Below, piece by piece: positions 41,841 through 55,475 of a stretch of DNA of 64,000 nucleotides. The position numbers were made by a program, and so were the translations under genes. How positions within the stretch are numbered: the stretch's first letter is position 1; the number at the start of each line of letters is the position of its first letter. The stretch is from NCBI GenBank assembly GCA_976226885.1, contig OZ320316.1, forward strand, positions 77,500,001 through 77,564,000, in the 5' to 3' direction. The notes under the pieces were generated by a model. The model saw only the letters and a list, made by a program, of their open reading frames with translations, did no database searches and was not told where the DNA came from. Source of the stretch: Iphione sp. A-MEVVRFRX5 (Eukaryota).

Positions 41841-41853
41841 TGAGGTTTGACTG
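41841..41853 (-). mobile_element. Probable 5' terminal inverted repeat of the Tigger-like element
   Basis: The minus strand reads TA|CAGTCAAACCTCA, a pogo/Tigger-type terminus next to a TA (41854-55), about 0.5 kb upstream of the transposase remnant. Confidence 0.6.
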
Positions 41854-44800
41854 TATATACATGTTAAGGACTGATGCCATTTAAAGATGTACCAAAATGT
41901 ATTCTCTGGTATGGTCTTTTTTTTTTTTTAGTAAAAATCATATTTCAATTTGATATTTTAAAATCTTTTGAGAAGAGACTTGTAATTAGCTAATCTAGTG
42001 TTTAATGGTGAATTTCTTGTTAGTGTGATGTCGTATTTTTAATAAAAAGCCATAGGTCTATTATCATCTCTTTGAAGCACAACGGAAAAAATATGAATGA
42101 ACTTTATATGACAACAAAATTATCTTCATTCCTTTAATAAAACGGCTTATCTGCTGTATCTACCACAATGTCTCTCTATTTTGACACTCTTTCCCATGGA
42201 TCTTTTCATACCTTTGATTCCTCCTCTCCATCATGTTATGAGAGCGCCACCCAAGGGTTACTTTGTACACGATGAATTATTATGCCATCCATTAGAACTG
42301 TATCCCATATTCATATACTCGTGACTCCTTCAATTGAGCTGTAAGTGAAATGTGTACCGATTTGAAACGAGACTTTATCATGACATTGTGATATCCTTCA
42401 TCTGTTGAACTCAGCTATAAAAATGTAAGGGCCACTACAACAATAGAAGCGACTATTTAACTTCTATGTTCAAAGGTGCCATTGTTTGGGACAATGAGAG
42501 AAAGCTTTAGTAAATATTCTTGAAGCTTAGATATTTTATGGAACGTTCAAACACTTCTACTAGATGCAAATATGCTGTGGAGGAGAATCCTCTAACGGAG
42601 GCTCTCCCACAGACATTACCAATGGTCTAATACTTTCTTGCATCACCATGGCTACCAGCAACTAATACCACCTTTAGCATTCCATGTGTTCTCATATTAG
42701 ACAGTCCTATTTCGATCTGGACGACCGGCCCTCAGGAGCCTGCAGCGAAGGCGGGAGCCGGCCGAGCAGTAGGCAGGTCCCCTCTGCGTTGGGGGTGGGC
42801 GGTGCGGGAGGTGCTCACCATTCAATTCGGGAAGGTATTGATTTTCGATGGCACCGCGACCTCATGATTCCATCTTTATCTGGTACTCGGTCTTCCTCCA
42901 TGAGATAACCCCCTGCAGTTCACAAAATTCTTTCGGGTTTCGTCTTCCTTTATGTGATATACACCGTCGCACCGAATGCATGGTGCGCTAACTTAGAACA
43001 GACGAGAGGACACCAACGTTGTTTGGCCTAGGTCTCAAGCTCTACGTTACTCAAGACGTGTCAGCTGGTTCGATAGCGTAAGCACGGCAAACGGGGTCTG
43101 GGTGACTAATCCCCGGGTGGTAAACATCCTCCAGTAGCCACTTGATTGTTATTCAAACTAAATAGCCGCTCGTCCCATGCGCTGACAGCGCCGCTGAGTG
43201 GTGAATGGCACGCGCCGCTCATGATTCATTAGGAAGTCCGCCTCATAAAGTGGGCGACCTGAAATATGATCTTCATAGATCAGCGGCTTGAGGAGGCGGG
43301 CGACGTCAGGCCCAGGGCAATGCCCGGCTTATGGCGACTGACCCATGAGCTGATCTGCTGCAATGTGGCCCTATTGTGGATTTGTCCCCTATGCTGCCAT
43401 CCTTTCCCTCGGTTCGTGCCAGCTTTTAAACCGAGCGCACTCATTGGAGCCAATGTTCCTGTCTTGGGACTCCTTATTAGGGAAACCGAAACCTGACCGA
43501 TGGCATAGGAGGCGGTTTAGTTTTTAGAGAAAATCACGCCCTGTCTTGCATCGAATAGTCTTCATCTATCCATATTGTTGACTGCCCAGCATCCCACTAC
43601 CCATTTAATTACCGCTTACCCCTTGCCCAGGAGGTTGGCTCTCTATCGTCACATTTATGGGGCGTTTAATCATTCTCTGCCCTGAAAATGTATTCCCAAA
43701 TGGCCCTTCCATCCTGATTTTATGGGCAACATGACTTGTTATAGTTTCACAGCCTAATATGATAGGTTATTTTATGTGCTGTCATGTGCCTCATGAAGGT
43801 TACTTGCTCCTCGCCTGTCGGGGTTATTTTACTTCTGAATAATTACCCCATCGTACAATTTTACAACCGAGGCTCTTGATCTTACATTATCGATCAAGCG
43901 TGTCAGGTCGTATCCATGGTCACCTTATTCAGTACTGTTTACTTGTGCATGCAAAAGAGGTGATTATAGAGGAACTTTGGAAGAGGGGACTTGGGATTCA
44001 AAGGTCAACATGGTGTATTTTCGTACAAAACGCTGTTTCTGTAAAGCGGAAAGTATAACGCATTTTTGTCTTCTTAATACGTAAGCAGAACATACGCAAA
44101 GTGCAATTGACATTAGTGGTAATGTTAATTAACATTTAAAATTCTAATACAAGATATCATTCAGGAATGAAATGAAAGACTTTGTACAAGGCGTAATATC
44201 TTATTATCGGACCTATCTTCAAAATATGACAGTTGTATGGGTGGAAAAGTATTCTGGAGACCGGTTCTACCCCAGAAGCTGATGACGTGACTCCCGGATT
44301 GTACCGGTGCCATCTGCCTTTAATGTGGTGCCTTTTTCGGTATTACCAACGTCCCTTCCCACCGCCACCTGCTGGCTCCCATCCCTCAGCAGGGCCAGGT
44401 CATCGAGCGAGCACTGGCGGGGCATGAGTGTGCATGTCCCTCATTGACCAAACACGTGTTGACACAGCCCAGGTGATGTACCGGCGCCGGTTAATCCAAG
44501 GCTGCCAGCCACTCAAGGCATCGTGAAATCGTTTTAATTACAGGAGCACCACCCCATTGATTAGCTGCCGGCCGGAGACAAGCGTGCTCCTTTCCGGCAT
44601 CGTGTCTCTCTCCGCCAGTTCGTTTGGCTACGAAACAGCACTCTCCTATCTGCAGTTGCCTTGTGCCGTGGTGGTCATCGAATAAATTCCCCGAGTGCAA
44701 TAGAGATCCACTCACAGCAAAGGATTTAATTGCAATCATTCCCATAGTTCTTTTATTGGATCCTGTCAACCTGTCGTGATTTCTATGCTCGTGTAGGCTT

Positions 44801-46819
44801 TATACAGCCCAGGTGGGCTAATAATAATTACAGTAAAAATAAATCCTGGCGGCATTTGCAATGCAAGTCAGTGTTGGCGGTCGATGGGGGGTAATATGTT
44901 TTGCTAACGACGTGCTGCGAGTCGCTATCTGTCAGAGCTTGACAGCGAATCGAAACGTGAGGGCAACGACATGGCCACATTGGGCCTTGCCGACGCAGTG
45001 ACCAAGACCGAAGGATGCATGCATGGACCCTCCTAACCCCTATTCACCATGCCTCCTTGCTAGCCAGCTCTGCCACACCTTGTTCGTATTCCCTTCCCGG
45101 ACGTCCAACGCTCGAGACTGCCGGTACCCGACAGCTCTGTAAACTTAGATAAATGCCTCCCAGAGGCGGACTACCAAGTAGTTATCGTTCTACCATTCGA
45201 CGGTCATTCCAACACATGGCGGACTTTATTTATCGGCATCCCAGGCAGATGACACCGAAGCGGTTTTCTCTTATACATAGACACCGGGCATGTGCGAGCG
45301 ATATTGATGAATGAGGACAGATACAGTCGAATATCACGGAAAGTCAAAAAGCAATTATATTTCTGCCACATAAGCAAGCAAATATGAGTCGATTCTGTTT
45401 AATGTACTTTCATAACAAGATACCCTCAGTGCCCCGTATTAAATCTTAGTTATCATACATATATTGTTTGAATGCAGTGTGCCGTGCAGGAATAAAGCCG
45501 ACTCAGCATCCTGATATGCTTGACATCTATTTTGCCTTTTTCAGGAAGGCCTTAGGTCCTTTATCTCTTTCATCCCTTTGCACTCAACGTTTCATGTATG
45601 AGCTATATTTCCTATCCATACATAAGTACATCATCAAAAACTGATATCTGGTGTGCTTTTATTCGACGTCTGCATATTAGCAAAAGGGAAGATAGCAGGA
45701 GGGAAATATCGGCTTTTGGACATTGTAATAGATTGGCCAACGGCGCAGATTTGAAGGCATTCTGGTGATCTGGGTCGAGATTACGACGGAAGCCCTCGTT
45801 GGTGGGCTCTACTTTGTTTATCAGGCGGCCGGCGGGTGTGAAGGCGGCCATTCAGGGTGTTGTTGAGAGCAGCTCCCTGGTAGCCACGGGGTCGGAGCAG
45901 CTCGCCATTCGCGGTGGCTGTAGTTAGAGCCCTCCTCAGGCTTTTCACTGACGCCGCCCTTGATGTCTTGTCTGCGCAACAAGATACAACGTTTGCTGAT
46001 GTCAATTGATCAGCGGCGGACATCAAACGCTGGCCTGCCCTAAAGTGGCGGCAGGGTGGGCGCGGCCTGCTCTGACCAAAAGGGACGAAACCCGTTGAAT
46101 AAAGTTGATGCAAGGCAAGTGGGGTTAGCCCAGACAGAGGACGCTGCAGAAGAAGATAGTTGGGGAGAGGGGTAATCCCTGCAGAGCCGCCTGTGTCCGC
46201 CAATTTCTTCAAATGGTCAATACGCCACGCCACCGGGTCCTGCCAAGGCCTCATGCTACCTCTCCAACCCTACCCTTCCACCCTCCCCGCCTTGGTAGCC
46301 CCTTCGGGCACTTGCCTCAAACACATCGTCTTTTGATCTAGCTCCTTATTGTCTTGGCTGGCGCTGAAGTCTTTTGATAAAGGGACCGGGAAAGTCAATG
46401 ATTGTATAAATTCAAGATGGCCACGCTGAATCTCGTGGTTTGATCGTCCCCTGTGCCTTTATCATGGTCTACATCAGCCGCCATGTTGTCGTTCAGAAAT
46501 AGAGGTCGTCGACCGGGTTAAACCTTTTAAACGGCATGCCCGATGCTCTGGCGGTATTAGAAGGAGTTGCGCGTTCGCTGGTGGGGAATCAATAGTTGTT
46601 TTCCTCTGGTGCGGCAGGTTGCAAAGTTATGGTACGGCGCAAAGATCTAACGAAGCGGAAACCCCGCGACGCAGCGAACGCCAATAGCAGAGCCGGGCTG
46701 GTCGGAGATAGTATCATCCGGGGAGTTTTTCCAAAACCGTTGCCTGCCCAGACTCTTTCAACGGTCTCACACTCACGGTTAATCTTATTGCTTTCTCCTT
46801 TTTCTTTTCGGTTCTACAG

Positions 46820-47101
46820 GACTGAGGGATTATTGCCAGTTTGAGTCCTTTGATGCACAGTGCGAACCAGATGAAGTAATCCTGATGAAGAGTGCGCGTT
46901 ACGGACGGATGCGCGTCGGGCGCTGCGTCTCACGTGACTATGGCTACATCACGTGCGCTGCCGACGTACTGGAGGAACTGGATCGTCGTTGCTCCGGGCG
47001 GCGCCGCTGTCACTTCAACATTCCGACGCTGCGCGACAACTACCAGCCCTGCCCCAAAGATCTGACGGCCTATCTGGAGGCCAGCTACTCCTGTGTCAAG
47101 G
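46820..47101 (+). CDS. Internal coding exon encoding a SUEL-type (Gal_Lectin / rhamnose-binding lectin-like) domain
   Basis: A pyrimidine tract and acceptor (tttcttttcggttctacAG, AG at 46818-19) precede the exon, and the donor is G|GTAGGC (GT at 47102-03). The 282-bp phase 1-1 exon is stop-free: LRDYCQFESFDAQCEPDEVILMKSARYGRMRVGRCVSRDYGYITCAADVLEELDRRCSGRRRCHFNIPTLRDNYQPCPKDLTAYLEASYSCVK. It shows the SUEL hallmarks A.YGR, C, L...CSGR..C, PCP....YLEASY.C and GC-rich third positions. Confidence 0.92.
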
Positions 47102-47485
47102 GTAGGCCACCTAATGAAGCTCACCCTATTAGACACAGGCCTGTGTTGGCGTGCCCCGGGCGGCTAGCGCCATTTGGTTATCGTAAATAGAAATTGGAGG
47201 TGATTGTTAATCAATAAATGATGTTTTTTTCACAAGACGCTTGTGGAACTACAGTTTTATGGGACATTTAGATTACTAGTGGGCGAATACAAGCAGGTAA
47301 TAGATATGCGTGTTAAGACCAGTAGCTCAAGCAGAACAAACACCATGTCAACCCTCTTTTGGCGTGGAGTTCAAATGCTCTGGTGCAAACTGTAAATACA
47401 ATCACGTCGTTAGTTTTCCAATATCATAATCTTATCAGTCTTTCCAAACAATGTTTCCTTTCAATGTTTGTTGATTCTTTTCTAG
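47102..47485 (+). other. GT-AG intron (384 bp) between the SUEL and CUB exons
   Basis: Canonical GT...AG ends, more AT-rich than the flanking exons, and splicing preserves the frame (AAG G|TA GCA = K V A). Confidence 0.85.
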
Positions 47486-47875
47486 TAGCAAGTATGCTGA
47501 ACTTCACTTGCCATAACCGGAAGACGGTGTTGCTGAATAGCACCAGCGGCTACATTTCCAGCCTGCCCGTCTCAGAGACTGGCTATGGGTCCGCACGTTG
47601 CCCTCTGGTCATCCAGGGCCAACCTGGCCAAAGCATCAACTTCACCCTCTTCGGAACGTCGGCGGAGCGACTCGATGCCAACGCCAACGCCGTCTCGCAG
47701 CGCTGCCCGTATCATGCCATCGTTCGCGATCGCAAACTCACCAACGTATCGCTCTGCGCCAGAAAGCACCGCAGAACGCAGAGCGTGTATGTCTCCCAGG
47801 GCCACCGGGTTACTTTCTACATCGACCGCACCTCAGACATCGACACCTCCGTCCAAGCACTTCTGAAATTCGAAG
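47486..47875 (+). CDS. Internal coding exon encoding a CUB-like domain, same gene as the SUEL exon
   Basis: Acceptor ttctttttctAG (AG at 47484-85) and donor G|GTAAG (GT at 47876-77). The 390-bp phase 1-1 exon is in frame with the previous exon: (V)ASMLNFTCHNRKTVLLNSTSGYISSLPVSETGYGSARCPLVIQGQPGQSINFTLFGTS...CPYHAIVRDRKLTNVSLCARKHRRTQSVYVSQGHRVTFYID...LLKFE. SGYISS, G...CP..I...PGQ.IN.TL and terminal LL.FE match CUB-type motifs. Confidence 0.88.
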
Positions 47876-50800
47876 GTAAGGGAAATGAACGCAGCCCCTC
47901 TATATTTTCGCCTGTCGACATCCGTTTACTTTAAGCAATCAAGCATCGTCTTTGAAAAGATGGATTATCAAATTTCCATGGCCACACACCAGTCACATTA
48001 CAGTTTACCTGAAATGCACTGGAGATTTTAATTGTGTGCATGAATAGGTGGCTGCCTTAACCGTAATAGGACATCGATGCTGATTACCTCCGGGTATGCA
48101 CGCTTATCCTCTCATAATCATTATATTTTACCATGTTGTCGACAGAATTTTTGATTGCAATGTGATCATTAGTTGGACATGGCATGCATCATAGTGACAC
48201 TCATTACCGCAGCGCGTAAGTGGAAACAACTTCAGCAACTGGCTTCAATGTGTCACGAACTGTGGGGATTATAGAGTCATGAGAGACGAAATGAAAACTC
48301 GTTTTTCTACATGTTTAATTGAGATTTACACATAATGACAATATTTGTCGCACGAAATTCTGGGAGGGAGAAACAGTTAGACGGTCGATAAACTTTGCAA
48401 TGGTGGTTTGGATTGTATTCACAAACGGTCATATGGTTCAAAATACTATGTGGCAAATTACCAGCACAGAGGTGGGCCGGAGATAATTCAGTACTGATAG
48501 TCGAGTGACACCGGTAAATAAAGCGTGGCCTTTGAACATGGCCCCATTAGAAGAGCCCAGAGCAGCACCCCACAACACCCGTAATGTCCTTCAGCTACAT
48601 CTACTTGCAAACAAATCAGCACCATTGAAGCATAGGTAAAAATCCACAAAGGGCTAACGACGTCTTAAAAGAACAAGAGGCTTCCCACTGACAATCGTAT
48701 TTCCCAGATTTAATGAAGACTCTCCTTTTTGCCAGTAATCCGCCCGGATTTATATCGCTTTATCATCATGGGGATTGAATTTAAATGGATATACTAAATA
48801 CAATCTAATTACACAACAGAGCCCTCCTTCATCAGAGCTACTCTCAAATCGATTTTCTTTTGGGAGCACCGTAATTACTAAACAATCAGTCATTGTACTA
48901 CACAATATCAGCATTGGCACTGTAGCTGCCTCTCAACAAAACCTATCGAAAGAAAAATAATTTGTTCCCATCAATCTGCGTGTAGATTAATCTATTTTAC
49001 ACCGTAGTGTTTTCTGTGATATCTAAGCCAAAGGGAAAGTTAATGTAATCTGCTACTGAACCTTAGATCGACTCGTGATAGGAATACCATTAGGGTTTCT
49101 ACATCAGTTGTCTCTATGTCCGAGATAAAATCGATACTTTCATTATGTATGATGGCATGTATCTCCCCCCCGTTTTTGTATCAAGGAACATGCCTTTGAA
49201 TCAGTTAATGAATGTCTTTTTTTGTTATTTCTATTGATTCTCAAGAGACTCCATAATTTGGGACGAGGCGGTATTTTTCCATGTTCAAATGGCCTTCTCT
49301 ATATTCACATTACTTAGTATATAAATACCCATTAAGAGACACTTTGTATCAGTATGCAGCACATCTTATGTTCATATTCATCCACAAAATAGAATGTATT
49401 CATGTTTGAGTTCTCTCTGGGAGAGGGGAAAGGTCTGAAAAAAAATGCTTTTCTATTTTTCCTACTCTGTTTTTCCCAGTTTTTCCTTTTCTGTTTTTTC
49501 CCTTTGGATTTATATCCTGATTATAAATATACTGCTTTAAATGTAAATGTAATTTGTCAACCCTTTGTTCAAGGTTAGTATCTTAACATACTTTATATGA
49601 GAAAACATTTACAGTTAATCCTTCTTATCCAAACTCAGTCTTTTCTGTAAAATAATTCAGTTAAGATGTTTCGTTGGATAATCAAAACTGAAACAAATCA
49701 TTCTAATTCAATTGTTTGCTATGGAATGTGTTTGGATATGAGGAAAACTCATTTATAGAGTATTTGGTAAATGAATGTCAATTGTATTTAAAAGTTTTTA
49801 TCTAGTTAGTTTCCAGTAGACAGAAGAAGGGAATATGCTGGAATTTTCAATGAAGAATAATACTCGACATCAATTTCAGTGAAATAGCACTACTCCACTT
49901 TACTTAACAGGGGTTCAAATCAATCTAAAGAGAGCTAAATAGTATATTTGATGATACAATATAGAATAATAGAAAGGTAGATTTAATTAGTGTTATTTGA
50001 TGTTAAGTAATGTTTTATCAAACATTTTCACTTGAAGTTTACAAACTAAAATCCAATGCCGCAAAAGAAAAGATATTGGCAGCACTATGTAAATATATTG
50101 GTCTAAGATATGTACATGGATACAGTGTACATCCTAGCCTGTTGAAATTACATAAAAGTTACCCGCTTCATGTGTACAAGTCTGTAGTACTTTGGTTATT
50201 CCAAAGTGGTCTTCACAATAATATAATTCCATGGATGACATCGCTATACTAGTCCAGTACCACTGCCTGTTGGTCACTATAGTGTAAAGGAATAATGCGT
50301 TAATCAGATAACTTTTTATTTATTCATCGCAAGGTTTGATGATATAAAACGTAGCTAGTTACAACCCTGTAAATGAAAGAGTAGACATGGACTACGTTCC
50401 TCAGTCGTTTGAGTGCTGCAAATGTAGAACATCCTTTTAAAAACTAAATCAATATTTAATCTCTAAAAATCCAAGTGCTCTTTGGATTATTACATTCAGT
50501 GGGTATCTCTAGTGTATCATGTTGTGGAGTTTTTTTTCAATTTTTTCCACTTGTGGCAGAAAAAAACTATTCTATCTAAACTCTATTTCTGTTTCATTTT
50601 CTGATGGTAAAACCTGCCAAACCTGAATGCATTAGCACCTACTGCATTGAATGATATTGCAAAGTACTTTCATTATCTAATGCTCCTTCAAATTCCTAAA
50701 AACTCAAAACAAATCAAGAATGTTTATCAGTAGATGATCTACCGACTGCTCTGTCCAAAGAAAGCGACAATTTATTTCTCATTGTGATCTTCCAAAATAT

Positions 50801-53800
50801 CCGAACATATTCACATAAATGATTGGAATATAATAGTTAAGCATGAAGAAATAACATTTTTTTAAAAATAAAAACCCTGGTACAAGAAGTATTTAATTTT
50901 GCTTTCAAGTTTATTGCTATATTATACACTGACATTTAGAGATGGGTTTATTGATCTGTTAATATGCATGCACATGTATTAGTAACTATTATCGCACTAA
51001 ACTTCTGGTATGAGTAGCTGCTTGGAAAGACGATACTTATTTTTAGGTTTTATAAGTGAATATAATCAGGTTTTGATTAGATCTTTACCAAAACTCCATT
51101 CAAATACCTTAGTACATTATACTTTGAATGGCTTTTCCCGGAAATCTAAACAAAACGAATCATTGATCTCTTGTTTGGCGGACCAAATATCAAAATTACA
51201 TAGAAGATAATATTTCATTGTGATCACCCGCTTAAGTTTTATCCTGAACAAATTGTAAAATTGAATTGAACTTTTTCATATCGCTTCGGAATTTGCCACC
51301 ATGCTAGTGCCTAGTACCACGCCACTAATGAGTTCTACTTGAACGTATAACAATCATTCACAACAACGGGACAGGAAGAAAGTAGAAAAACTCTGACTGG
51401 CGCACCGTTGCTCCGTGCTTTATTTGTGCTTTTCCGTGTTGGTTGTGGATCTGGTTGCTGCGGACGTGCTATAGATAATGGGATATGTGATAGCACGCAC
51501 TGGTTTGTCCCTGCATTTGTCCAATTACCCAGACCCCCAGCCACAACCTGCTCCACAGCACTCTGTTCATGCAAGGCCTCTCGGCAAGCTTCCCTCCACA
51601 CTCCCTCCCCCCACCGTCCCCCTCCTTTCCCGACTGGTACCCTGGGCGGGCGGGTGGTAGGTACGGCAAGAGGTGCCCCGTTACTCGACTACCGGCAGTA
51701 GAGGCGTCAGACCAAGCAGGGGAACGCGATCTGTAATCAGGGATGCAGCCTTGCCTACGGCCCATTGGTCGATTCCAAATGAGTCTCCTTCTGATCGCAC
51801 TGGTCTGCCACTAAAGTCGAAATTCTCAGAGGACAGGCAATGCCTTTACTCCAGCTGCCGGTCCAGTTAAGTGCCTAGAACGGAAGAAATAACTCTTCAA
51901 TTGTGATCGAGATATTGATATGATTTAACTCAGTATGTGTAAGATAGGTTTCTAATATATTTCCATATTTTTGCTGAAACAGCAAGAGCAACCAGAATCT
52001 CACGGGATAAACAAATAATGTACCGAAGCTTTGTACTTCAAGTTAATCAGCATGCTTCAAGTTCATAAACATGCCACTCCATCAATTTAATGAGACAACT
52101 TGCACCACATCCATCGATATCAAGCTCAAAGTGCATCTTTAGCTTTTCTGTCATACAGATAGTCCTCTGGCTCTACTGATGGCCCCGCAGGACAAGGATA
52201 CATGTGCCTTTACATCTGTAGCGTGGCGATGGAGCCCAATGATTTAGTCTCAAAGAGAGCAATATCCGCGCGGCTCCGCGAGATAGAAATAGGAACGTTT
52301 TACAATTAAGGTTTCCTTCTCCCTGGCTTAGCCTAGCACCATATCTGAGCTGCTGATTCAGCCTACACATGACTACATATATACATATGTGTACTTGGCA
52401 GACCCAACCCTATGCATCTATTGATCAACGGGAACAAAATTCACATGAAGATTTCGAACTGGTAAAGCAGCTACTATTTCTGTGCAGACCATTCCAGCCG
52501 ATGGGGCCCATACTAGACGCTAGTAACGGTTGATTCGCTTGCTCTACCCAAGAGACTAACTTTATTGCCAGAATTGCAAATGGTGACATGCGATCTGTGA
52601 TGCAATCACGAAGTTGTCATTACATCGGTAATTCACTCCTCATTGCATCACATGTGTGTTTGTCTTTCACTCGACTTCGCGGGAAAGCACCAGTCAAATC
52701 AGACCTTGCGAGAGTTTAATTGTGCTCAAAATATGAGCAAAGTGCTTGCGGCGGGTAAGATGGGTGGGTGGTTCTTCTAGTCCTTCGACAGGTCATGCGT
52801 TATCACCCCCACATAAAGCTGCCAACCTTCATTACGAGCGGCCCGTCGACGGTCTCCGCGAGATTGACGTCAAAATACCTTGCTAAGGGTCGCTCTGTGT
52901 GCGCTGTCGATCCGTCATCGCCACTTTAGCTTTGACATGATAGGTTCTTGGGATAGCATGATCAACGGAGAGCCACGTCGGTGTCAATCAGACCGTTCTT
53001 ACTGCAGTAGATGTACGATTATCATTTTTATTGCAACTGAGATTCAATCCCACTCAATTCTTTGGCGCAGTCTCTCAATTTCACATTTCCCGCTATACAT
53101 CAATGTCACTCCGTCGTGGAACACCATGCCGTAACATCAGTACCACACCTTTTAAGAACCTCAATAGTTAGTGACAAGGGGCATGTTAAATATTCACAGT
53201 TGCTACCATTGATTTGCAATTTCAACTCGCGGGCGCGACAGGAAGTTATTTGCGTCGCGTGTCGAATGCCAACACGATGTTCTAAATTGGAAAAGTCACT
53301 ATCTTCTTTTTTTCTTGTAATCTTCCCCCAATTTGAGTCGGGGTGCATTCCCCACATTCACACCACGGCCTTTCTCTTCATGGCGCTGTCATTGTAAATA
53401 TCGCCAACGCATTAGCCTCACTGAGCTGACTCCGTCTAAGCTGCTGGTGTGGAGTGAGCAGCTCCCAACCCAGATGACTGCGAGTAAATAGCCTTCGCCC
53501 CCATAAGAGACGCTGTTGTTGCTGGTGCTGCGCGTAACAATCTCTTTAGGCCCGGTTGCCTATCGCTCCGCTCTAACAGAGTCTATTACATCAGCATTTC
53601 GGAGTGTTCGTGGTTGCTGTTGGCCATTTTGCAGGTCATTAGGCCGCTGTTAGAATTAGCCCTGCGCGTCGTAATCCCTGTTAGCGGGGATTAGCCAACG
53701 CTGGACCATGCCCTGTAACCCACCTACACCGAGGACTACATTAACAGGACGTTGCGGCGTTCCATTTTTGGTCGTGTCTCCATACAATTTGTAACCTTTA

Positions 53801-55069
53801 TCAGGCAGAACAGGCAGTAGTTTGCGTGCATTCCTTGGGTTGGTCAGTTGTCCAAGCTAGCCAAATGGAACAGAACATATTATATTTCAGTGCACGCGAG
53901 GCAGTGGTCTCAGAACATCTGCGCCCTTATGGTCAAACATCTTGTAAAATGCGTGACTCTCCAGGATTATGCCTATTTATAAAACTGTATTGCACAACCT
54001 GGTCTGATGTAGTGGTACATGTGCAAAAGATTTTCCCCATAAAATTCCAATGCCTTGCTGATGTCTTATGGTAAAAGCGATTCTATGTTTCTTACCTATG
54101 TTCATGGTTATACATGCGACTGCTATCTACCTCTGACAAGAACATGGATCGGTCGAACTGTCACACACGGGGTTCTTTGTGAATAAAGACTTAGTTCCTT
54201 TCTTAAAAATGGACCGCATGGCTATAAAGCAGGGACGAAGCTAGCACTAGCCAGAGCTGCGTCCCGCGAGGCATAAGGCTAGCCCGTTGATACACTCAAT
54301 GAAATTATGAGCATATGGGAATCTAACTTATGGACGACCAGCCTGTGGCAGTCACCGCCATAAATCATTTCGATTGGTTACACGCAAACTGTATAAACTA
54401 GATAAATGTGAATCTTAAATGCCCATGCCGGTCTCTACCCTCGACAAGCCTATGCACTTTCCACTGCATAAAATATGCTTAAGATTTGTCAGACGATTAC
54501 AATCAAGTGGACGTTACCGCTGCTAGCAGTGCTTGTGATGGTCGATGATACAGCCCAGCGCAGGGAAATGGGTGTCTGGATTAAGCCTGCCGCTAGCAAT
54601 GTCACTTCAGTCACTGGTCACCACACCAATGACTACTGGAATGTGGTGGACCCGAGGCCATACTGATGGGAGCTTACATAATGAACTGAAGGCGATCGCA
54701 GAACCATCATCATTAGTTTCCGAGAGCTCTCTCCTGCTTTCAATTAGGTTATCGTTCACCTGCTGACGGAAGTCAGGTTAGATCAATAATTATGGCGACC
54801 AGCCGAGTAGTTTATGAAAATAGCGATTTGAAACTAGCCCACATTATTCAATAGGGAATACAGTTCTGATAGAAAATACAGTACACGGTCGAATACGATT
54901 ATGAGACAAGGTCTGAACAAAAGTTCCTCTTCTTCTGTAGCTGTTAACATTTACGTAGTCGAGATGTTATTTTAGTAGCAGGGCAGGAGAAAGATGATTC
55001 CTAAAATGAGTGAAATATGAATATTCTTCTTAAGATAGAACTATCATATCCCGTAAAAACGAGACTTAA

Positions 55070-55475
55070 TGATTAAAACATTCTGGGAAATGTGCAAAGA
55101 ATATGCCATTTACAATCTTAATGCATGGACTTTTAATTTTAGTAGTTACTTTGCTGGGGATAAACCGAATATACAGTTGGACTTTCCATTGGACTTGAAT
55201 AGGAACAGTCTTTGGTCTGGCCACTATTCATATTTACGTACCTGGTGGTTACATTCCTACTGGTATCAGAAAACCTTTAGGTTCAGTCCAAAGAGAACAT
55301 CCCTTTCAAGAGCGACATGGAAAACACTCATTTGGAGCACAAGAGGTTTAAGTGAGCAGTACAAAACAAAGCGATGAAAATCTACGAATGATGAGAAAAC
55401 TGATCATCGCAGAGAGAGAATATCAGATAAACATCTGAAGGGATGTCAAAGGAAACAAGACCGCTTTTGAATGTA
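55070..55475 (+). mobile_element. Eroded LINE ORF2 remnant (end of APE endonuclease plus linker)
   Basis: MCKEYAIYNLNAWT...NIQLDF...SGHYSY resembles FC....L.ILN...IDY...SDH. It is followed by RKLIIAEREYQINI*RDVKGNKTAF, resembling the CR1/L2 linker K.I..AKR.YE..IA...K.N.K.F. Confidence 0.4.

Noticed and set aside
43060-43080. GGTTCGA B-box (tRNA or SINE)
   Set aside because: No A-box at the proper distance and no cloverleaf.
45781-46254. 157-aa minus-strand ORF
   Set aside because: No recognisable domain and a GC-rich patch where long open frames arise by chance. The faint Penelope RT tail resemblance (RGY) is too weak.
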